Assembly (NCBI RefSeq): GCF_026410145.1
Contig: NZ_JAPMLO010000004.1
Length of the DNA: 64,000 nucleotides
Strand: one strand, 5' to 3'
DNA from: Marinicella marina
GTDB lineage: Bacteria; Pseudomonadota; Gammaproteobacteria; Xanthomonadales; Marinicellaceae
Shown here one piece after another: positions 58,341 through 64,000 of this stretch. The notes beneath the pieces are model-generated. The model saw only the letters and a list, made by a program, of their open reading frames with translations, ran no database searches and had not been told where the DNA came from. A program made the translations under genes and the position numbers. The first letter of the stretch is position 1, and each line of letters opens with the position of its first letter.

Positions 58341-58931
58341 ATGCCGTTGATAAACCCACTTGATCAATTTGCTAACCCTGAGGTTGAGCGATTGGTGAAA
58401 TTTTTTAATGAAACGTTGGGCTTTTGCCCAAATAGTGTCTTGACCATGCAACGGCGTCCAGCCATTGCTGAAGCATTTGTAAACCTCAACATGGCAGTCA
58501 TGGCCAATGAGGGTCGAGTTACGGCTGAACAGAAGCGATTAGTCGGTTACTTAACCAGCGCCCAAACTGGCTGCCGTTATTGTCAAGCGCACACCATCCT
58601 AGCCGCTGAGCGCTATGGTGGCTCGCAACAAAGATTGGATAACATCTGGGAATTCAGAGAAAGTGATTTATACACAGAAGCTGAGAAAGCCATGTTTGAA
58701 TTTGCTTTGGCCGCTTCCAGTGTGCCCAATGCGGTGGACCAGAAGATTGAAACAGAATTGAAAAAGCACTGGGATGATGGTGAAGTGGTGGAGATTCTGG
58801 GTGTGGTTGCTTTGTTTGGCTACCTCAATCGCTGGAACGATTCCATGGGTACTTCACTAGAATCTGGTGCTGAAGCAGCTGGCATGAAATATTTCGGTGA
58901 TAAAGGCTGGGACAAAGGCAAGCACCAATAA
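58341..58931 (+). CDS. Carboxymuconolactone decarboxylase-family / AhpD-like peroxidase-related protein
   Basis: GCRYCQAHT (CxxH-type AhpD motif), all-helical. Confidence 0.65.
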   Translation: MPLINPLDQFANPEVERLVKFFNETLGFCPNSVLTMQRRPAIAEAFVNLNMAVMANEGRVTAEQKRLVGYLTSAQTGCRYCQAHTILAAERYGGSQQRLDNIWEFRESDLYTEAEKAMFEFALAASSVPNAVDQKIETELKKHWDDGEVVEILGVVALFGYLNRWNDSMGTSLESGAEAAGMKYFGDKGWDKGKHQ

Positions 58932-58934
58932 ATC

Positions 58935-59879
58935 ATGAGCCAGCAATCAAACAATCACCAACATCATCACGGGCATGAACACGACCACCACCATGACCAC
59001 AGTGTAGCAGTGAACCCTGATAATAAAACTTATGTGATGTGGGCCATGGTGCTCACTTTTGGTTTTATGTTTGCTGAAGTCATTGGTGGCATCATCTCAG
59101 GATCTTTGGCGCTGTTAGCAGATGCTGGTCACATGCTCAGTGATGGCGTGGCTTTGTTGTTATCTTGGTTGGCCTTTAAGTTCAGCGAACGTGAAACCAG
59201 TGAGTCACACACCTTTGGTTGGCACCGTTTTCAAATATTGGCAGCTTTTGTTAATGGTTTGAGCTTGATGCTGATTGCTGTTTGGATTGTGTTTGAAGCC
59301 ATCACACGATTTTTATCGCCCGTAACCGTAATGGCCACACCCATGTTGGTCATTGCAACGCTGGGCTTGGTGGTTAATTTGGTGGTGTTTAAAATCCTCA
59401 GCAGTGGTGATCAAGAGAACCTTAATTTAAAATCAGCCATGATTCATGTCATCGGCGACCTACTCGGTTCTGTGGCTGCCATACTGGCCGCTTTGTTGAT
59501 TATGTTTTTTGGCTGGCATATATCCGATCCGTTGCTGTCAATTTTGGTTGCGGTACTGATCGTACGATCTGGCTGGATTGTGGTCAAAAAATCTGCGCAT
59601 ATATTAATTGAAGGCACCCCAAGCCATGTCGATGAGACTGCAATTAAACAACAATTAATTAATCACATCGAATCTGTGACCGATGTACACCATATCCACG
59701 CTTGGTCTTTGACCAATGAAATAAATTTAATCACATTACACATACAAGTGGATGAAGTACTTTACGAAGAAGATGTATTGAGGCAGGCCAAGGACTACTT
59801 GGAAGAACACTTTAATATGCAGCATGTCACCATCCAAATAGAACATCTGACTTGCCCTGATCAGGCGTGCTTGGATTAA
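58935..59879 (+). CDS. Cation diffusion facilitator (CDF) family metal efflux transporter, His-rich N-terminus
   Basis: HQHHHGHEHDHHHDH, six TM helices with HxxxD-type metal sites (LLADAGHMLSD), C-terminal cytoplasmic domain. Confidence 0.85.
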   Translation: MSQQSNNHQHHHGHEHDHHHDHSVAVNPDNKTYVMWAMVLTFGFMFAEVIGGIISGSLALLADAGHMLSDGVALLLSWLAFKFSERETSESHTFGWHRFQILAAFVNGLSLMLIAVWIVFEAITRFLSPVTVMATPMLVIATLGLVVNLVVFKILSSGDQENLNLKSAMIHVIGDLLGSVAAILAALLIMFFGWHISDPLLSILVAVLIVRSGWIVVKKSAHILIEGTPSHVDETAIKQQLINHIESVTDVHHIHAWSLTNEINLITLHIQVDEVLYEEDVLRQAKDYLEEHFNMQHVTIQIEHLTCPDQACLD

Positions 59880-59889
59880 GCGTGATGAA

Positions 59890-59966
59890 TGGTGGGCCTG
59901 GAAGGACTCGAACCTTCGACCAATGGATTATGAGTCCACTGCTCTAACCAACTGAGCTACAGGCCC
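59890..59966 (-). tRNA. tRNA with anticodon CAT (Met or lysidine-modified Ile2; resembles tRNA-Ile2)
   Basis: 77-nt cloverleaf on minus strand: GGGCCTGTAGCTCAGTTGGTTAGAGCAGTGGACTCATAATCCATTGGTCGAAGGTTCGAGTCCTTCCAGGCCCACCA, with encoded CCA. Confidence 0.85.
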
Positions 59967-60001
59967 TGAACAATTGAGCTGCGAATTATAACTGATGATT
60001 T

Positions 60002-60637
60002 TTACAACTGCATCTTTTTATTTGATGATAATGGCTGTTGCAGTAAATTGCTGTATAGGTGATATATCTTATCGATGTTTTGATCCAGCTCTGCCAAGCT
60101 GTAGCGGTTGCTTATGACATCTGTGGCAAATTGCAGCCGCTGTCGTCGAGATGGTTGGGATGCCAAAATTTTTTCAGCCAATTCAATTGACACTTGATCT
60201 CGTTTTTGCATCCTTTGAATTTGTATTTCAGGGGTCACATCAACCACCAATATGCGGTCAAAATCTGGATAGTTTAAACCTGCTTGGTAAAGAGGAATCA
60301 CCCACACTTCAATGCATTTCGTGTTCTCAGCGGATTGTTGGATGAACGCTTCCCTGATCAATGGATGAAGTATTTGGTTCAGCTTTTTGAGCTTTTCATC
60401 GTCATTAAAAACGATGCGTTTCAATTGTTTTCGGTTCAGTGCACCCGCTTCAGTCAATATCGATTCACCAAATTCTTTAACCACTTGTGACAGCCCAACA
60501 GAACCTATTGCCACCACCTCTCGAGCTAAAACATCAGCATCTATGACACACGCGCCTTTCTCAGCAAACTCATCAGATACATAGGTTTTACCGGATGCTA
60601 TCCCCCCGGTCAGACAGATGATTAATTTGTTTTTCAC
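60002..60637 (-). CDS. coaE: Dephospho-CoA kinase
   Basis: P-loop LTGGIASGKT. Conserved position 3' of pilD. Confidence 0.9.
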   Translation of the reverse strand: MKNKLIICLTGGIASGKTYVSDEFAEKGACVIDADVLAREVVAIGSVGLSQVVKEFGESILTEAGALNRKQLKRIVFNDDEKLKKLNQILHPLIREAFIQQSAENTKCIEVWVIPLYQAGLNYPDFDRILVVDVTPEIQIQRMQKRDQVSIELAEKILASQPSRRQRLQFATDVISNRYSLAELDQNIDKIYHLYSNLLQQPLSSNKKMQL

Positions 60638-61491
60638 AAAGCAGGAAACAGCATGTTCAGTATTTCTTCACTGAATAAATAACTGACTAAGATACCTATG
60701 GATAGATATGGGCCGAAGGGAATTTTATTTTGGTAGTTATTCATCAGTTTTTGTACCACAGCGATCAGTAAGCCGCTGATGGAAGCGATAAATAAAACCA
60801 CAATCAATGCCTCAGCTCCAAGCCAAGCACCGCCAGCAGCGAGTAATTTAAAGTCACCATAGCCCATGCCTTCTTTACCTGTGGCTAATTTGAACAGATG
60901 AAACACAGTCCATAATGACAAATAACCAATCAGAGCGCCCACAATCGCCGCTGAAGGTGTGATGGTGAATTCAAATAAACTAAAAAACAAACCCAGCCAC
61001 AACAGTGACAAGCTGAGTTGATCTGGAATCAAAAAAGTATCAATATCAATCCAAGTGATGACCAGTAACATCCAAATCAATAAGCAGGCTGAAACAAAAG
61101 CCAGCGTCACGCCATATTGATAAGCAGCAAACCCAATCAAGAGCGCGCTCATCAATTCAACTAAAGGGTATCTGAATGGTATCTTTTTATGACAAAAACC
61201 ACATTTTCCACGCAACAACAAATAACTGATAACGGGTATGTTGTGCCAAGCTTTTAATTGAGTTTTACATTGTGGGCAATGAGATCTTGTGAAGGCTATG
61301 CCCGGTGGCTTCGACTCTTTGAGTTCGGTTTCGGTAAAATCAGCATAATCCTGTTTCCAAGCATATTCCAAAACAGGTGGTAGCCGCAAAATAACCACGT
61401 TCAAAAAGCTACCCACAAGCAAACCCACTGTCACAGCCAAAGCCATAAAAGCCATAGGGTATGCGCTTAAAACGCCAATAAACTCGGTCAT
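60634..61491 (-). CDS. pilD: Prepilin peptidase / N-methyltransferase (A24 family)
   Basis: Tetracysteine CPQC...CGFC zinc motif and polytopic membrane domain. Start chosen at MTEFIGVL (61491), abutting the pilC stop; the ORF track extends to 61539. Confidence 0.85.
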   Translation of the reverse strand: MTEFIGVLSAYPMAFMALAVTVGLLVGSFLNVVILRLPPVLEYAWKQDYADFTETELKESKPPGIAFTRSHCPQCKTQLKAWHNIPVISYLLLRGKCGFCHKKIPFRYPLVELMSALLIGFAAYQYGVTLAFVSACLLIWMLLVITWIDIDTFLIPDQLSLSLLWLGLFFSLFEFTITPSAAIVGALIGYLSLWTVFHLFKLATGKEGMGYGDFKLLAAGGAWLGAEALIVVLFIASISGLLIAVVQKLMNNYQNKIPFGPYLSIGILVSYLFSEEILNMLFPAL

Positions 61492-61492
61492 T

Positions 61493-62716
61493 TTAGAATA
61501 CAGATGCCATTTTAAAGATAGGTAGGTACATGGCCACAACCATCACACCAACCAGTCCGCCCACCAATACCATAATGATTGGCTCAAGCAAACTACTCAA
61601 TGCATCAACCGCATTGGAAACCTCTTGTTCGTAATAATCAGCCACTTTACCTAACATCGCATCTAAGTTACCTGACTCTTCACCAATGGCAGCCATTTGA
61701 ACCACCATATGTGGGAATAGTTGTGTTTGACTCATGGCCAATTGTAATTGGTGACCTGTTGACACGTCGTCTTTGATGTGTAGCACTGCGTCTCTGAACA
61801 CCACGTTACCCACTGCACCTGAGACTGTATCTAGACCTTCTACCAATGGAACACCTGCGGCGAATGTGGTTGATAATGTGCGGGCAAAACGGGCCACAGC
61901 AGCATCGAACAATATACCCCCAACAATTGGTATTTTAAGTGACAGTCGATCCAGCGCATGGGCGAATTTAAGTGACCTTCGTTTTAACTGAATGAAACCA
62001 AATACGGTGCCACCTAAAACCAGTAGTACCATAAACCAATATTCTTGCATGGTTTTCGAAGCACCAACCACCATTAAGGTCAGTCCTGGTAAGTCAGCAC
62101 CAAATCCTTTGAACATGTCCTGGAACTGCGGCACCACTTTGACCAACAATAATATCGTCACACCAATAGCCACGAACAAAACAGCTGATGGGTAGAACAT
62201 GGCTTTCTTGATTTTGCCTTTAATTTCTTCGGTTTTCTCTTTATAGGTGGCGATGGTATCCAGTAATTCATCTAACACACCAGCCTTTTCACCGGCGTTA
62301 ACCAAATTACAGTAAAGCTCATCAAAGTACAGCGGGTGTCTGCTCAGAGATTCAGCCAGGGATGAACCCGATTGAATTTCGGTTTTGACCTCATTAATGA
62401 GTTTTGCCATTCTGGGGTTGGACTGACCGCCTTCGATGATTTCAAAAGCCTGTACCATCGGTACACCTGATTCCATCATAGTTGCCAGCTGTCTACTGAA
62501 TAAGGAGATGTCTTGTGCCTTGATGGCCTTACCACCTGAAAACAATGATTTCTTTTTCTTATATATTTTTTTGACTTTAATGCCTTGCCTACGCAATTCA
62601 TTTTTTGCCAGGGTGGTTGACTTGGCCTGTTGGATGCCTTTGAGTTTTTTACCAATCTTATCTACACCAACCCACTCGTAGTTTTGTAATTCTTCTATTT
62701 TCTGTGCTTTTGCCAT
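61493..62716 (-). CDS. pilC: Type IV pilus assembly platform protein PilC (GspF family)
   Basis: Duplicated GspF domains, three TM segments, 407 aa. Confidence 0.9.
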   Translation of the reverse strand: MAKAQKIEELQNYEWVGVDKIGKKLKGIQQAKSTTLAKNELRRQGIKVKKIYKKKKSLFSGGKAIKAQDISLFSRQLATMMESGVPMVQAFEIIEGGQSNPRMAKLINEVKTEIQSGSSLAESLSRHPLYFDELYCNLVNAGEKAGVLDELLDTIATYKEKTEEIKGKIKKAMFYPSAVLFVAIGVTILLLVKVVPQFQDMFKGFGADLPGLTLMVVGASKTMQEYWFMVLLVLGGTVFGFIQLKRRSLKFAHALDRLSLKIPIVGGILFDAAVARFARTLSTTFAAGVPLVEGLDTVSGAVGNVVFRDAVLHIKDDVSTGHQLQLAMSQTQLFPHMVVQMAAIGEESGNLDAMLGKVADYYEQEVSNAVDALSSLLEPIIMVLVGGLVGVMVVAMYLPIFKMASVF

Positions 62717-62722
62717 AATTTT

Positions 62723-64000
62723 TTAATCCACTGTCACACGGTTGGCTTCAACCAAGCCCGTGATACCGTTTTTAACCTTTAATAAAGCTGATTTTCTTAA
62801 GTTAGCAATACCGTCTTTGGTGGCTTGCTCTGCTATTTCGATTGAGTTACCACCACCCAAAATAATTTTCTTGATGTTATCCGTTATGGGCATTACTTCG
62901 TATATACCCACTCGCCCTTTGTAGCCTTCATTACATTTACTGCAACCAACTGGGTCGTAAATGGTGGCATCAACCAAATCCTCATCTGTAAAGCCAGCTT
63001 CTAACAAAGCTTCCCTCGGAAATTCAGTTGGTTTTTTACAATCACACAGTCGACGTGCCAACCTTTGCGCAATGATCAATGACACCGCTGAGACGACATT
63101 AAAAGGCGCCACACCCATATTCACCAGTCGGCTGACCGTTTCAGGTGCGTTGTTGGTGTGTAAGGTAGATAAAACCATGTGACCTGTTTGTGCTGCTTTG
63201 ATGGCTATTTCTGCGGTTTCTAAATCTCGAATCTCACCGACCATGATGATGTCTGGATCCTGACGCAAAAATGACCTCAAGGCAGCCGAGAAGGTCATGC
63301 CTTGTTTGGCATTTTGTTGAACTTGGTTGATGCCATCCACTCTAATCTCAACCGGATCTTCGGCCGTTGATATGTTTCTGCCTTCGGTGTTAAGAATGTT
63401 AAGAGCAGTATACAGTGATACCGTTTTACCACTACCTGTTGGACCTGTAACCAACACCATGCCATAAGGTTTGACGATGGCATCCATGAACAGTTGCTTC
63501 TGTTCGTCCTCATAGCCCAACTTATCAATACCCATTTTCGCTGCGGAAGCATCCAACACCCGCATCACGATTTTTTCCCCAAACAAAGTAGGACAAGTAC
63601 TCAATCGAAAATCAATGGAATTATTCTTAGATAGATTCAACTTCACACGACCATCTTGCGGCACCCGCTTCTCAGCGATATCCAACTTCGACATTACTTT
63701 CAAACGAGAGGCAATTTTGGTTGTCATGTTCTTGGGAGGCTTTATCATGGTTTTCAGCATGCCGTCTATGCGGTAGCGTACTCGGTATGTTTTCTCATAC
63801 GGCTCAAAGTGAATATCAGAGGCTCCACGTTTAATCGCGTCTAACAAAACCTTATTTACCAGCTTAACCGCCGGAGAGTCAGCCAAATCCTCAGTGGCAT
63901 CACTGGTTTGTTCTTCTTGTTCATCCTCATACTCGATGTTTTCCAGTCCTTCGTCACCCAAATCATCCATCACACTGTTGGCTTCTTTCAGTGCTTCTTC
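62723..64000 (-). CDS. pilB: Type IV pilus assembly ATPase PilB (GspE family), 5' end beyond window
   Basis: Walker A GPTGSGKT, Asp box, His box, and tetracysteine CDCKK...CSKC. The reading frame continues to the window edge. Confidence 0.9.
   Translation of the reverse strand, partial: EEALKEANSVMDDLGDEGLENIEYEDEQEEQTSDATEDLADSPAVKLVNKVLLDAIKRGASDIHFEPYEKTYRVRYRIDGMLKTMIKPPKNMTTKIASRLKVMSKLDIAEKRVPQDGRVKLNLSKNNSIDFRLSTCPTLFGEKIVMRVLDASAAKMGIDKLGYEDEQKQLFMDAIVKPYGMVLVTGPTGSGKTVSLYTALNILNTEGRNISTAEDPVEIRVDGINQVQQNAKQGMTFSAALRSFLRQDPDIIMVGEIRDLETAEIAIKAAQTGHMVLSTLHTNNAPETVSRLVNMGVAPFNVVSAVSLIIAQRLARRLCDCKKPTEFPREALLEAGFTDEDLVDATIYDPVGCSKCNEGYKGRVGIYEVMPITDNIKKIILGGGNSIEIAEQATKDGIANLRKSALLKVKNGITGLVEANRVTVD

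Noticed and set aside
59880-60001. tRNA gene as a possible genomic-island integration site
   Set aside because: No integrase, direct repeat of the tRNA 3' end, or compositional shift on either side. Flanks are conserved housekeeping genes (CDF transporter, coaE-pilDCB).

Overview
This 64-kb window is a gene-dense chromosomal segment from an AT-rich, probably marine gammaproteobacterium. Coding density is about 90%. There is no CRISPR array, integrase or transposase. There is a single tRNA with anticodon CAT at 59.89 kb. Recognisable blocks follow. (1) 0-7 kb: DUF1800, DUF423 and a GldA/GldF/GldG-type ABC system with a DUF4340 accessory protein. (2) 7-23 kb: M14/AstE-AspA-like hydrolase, SDR, ABC-F ATPase, OsmC-YcaO fusion, WS/DGAT translationally coupled to an alpha/beta hydrolase, amidohydrolase, PQQ-sugar dehydrogenase and a TonB-dependent receptor. 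(3) 23-36.6 kb is the most unusual part. It is a co-directional minus-strand island with the following gene order: TelA-like, YjfI (DUF2170), PspA/IM30 (YjfJ-like), ribbon-helix-helix protein, YqiJ/NfeD-like, flotillin (YqiK-like), and a 1773-aa protein carrying an AAA_5 (MoxR/dynein-type) ATPase domain and a polylysine tail. Two identical 15-bp palindromes sit upstream of yjfI. I propose this island as a candidate undescribed membrane-stress/remodelling or envelope-defence system. (4) 36.6-41.3 kb: YjbQ, patatin tightly followed by a bacterial pepsin-like (A1) aspartic protease, a PagL-like lipid A deacylase, and a ToxR-like wHTH-TM regulator fused to a histidine-phosphatase domain. (5) 41-59 kb: DUF3667, DUF885, S9 peptidase, TrxC, MATE, a second TonB receptor with a Fur-box-like site, a truncated LytTR response regulator, GNAT, beta-helix protein, SET-domain protein, PhnA, a large zinc metalloprotease, glutathione peroxidase, AhpD-like protein and a CDF transporter. 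(6) 60-64 kb: coaE-pilD-pilC-pilB (pilB runs off the window). Three unrelated signal-peptide proteins share an extreme C-terminal D-[LV]-I-F-x-[ND]-[GS]-F-[DN] tail, which may be an unrecognised sorting tag. All calls are from reading the translated ORFs and the DNA by eye; no database searches were run.
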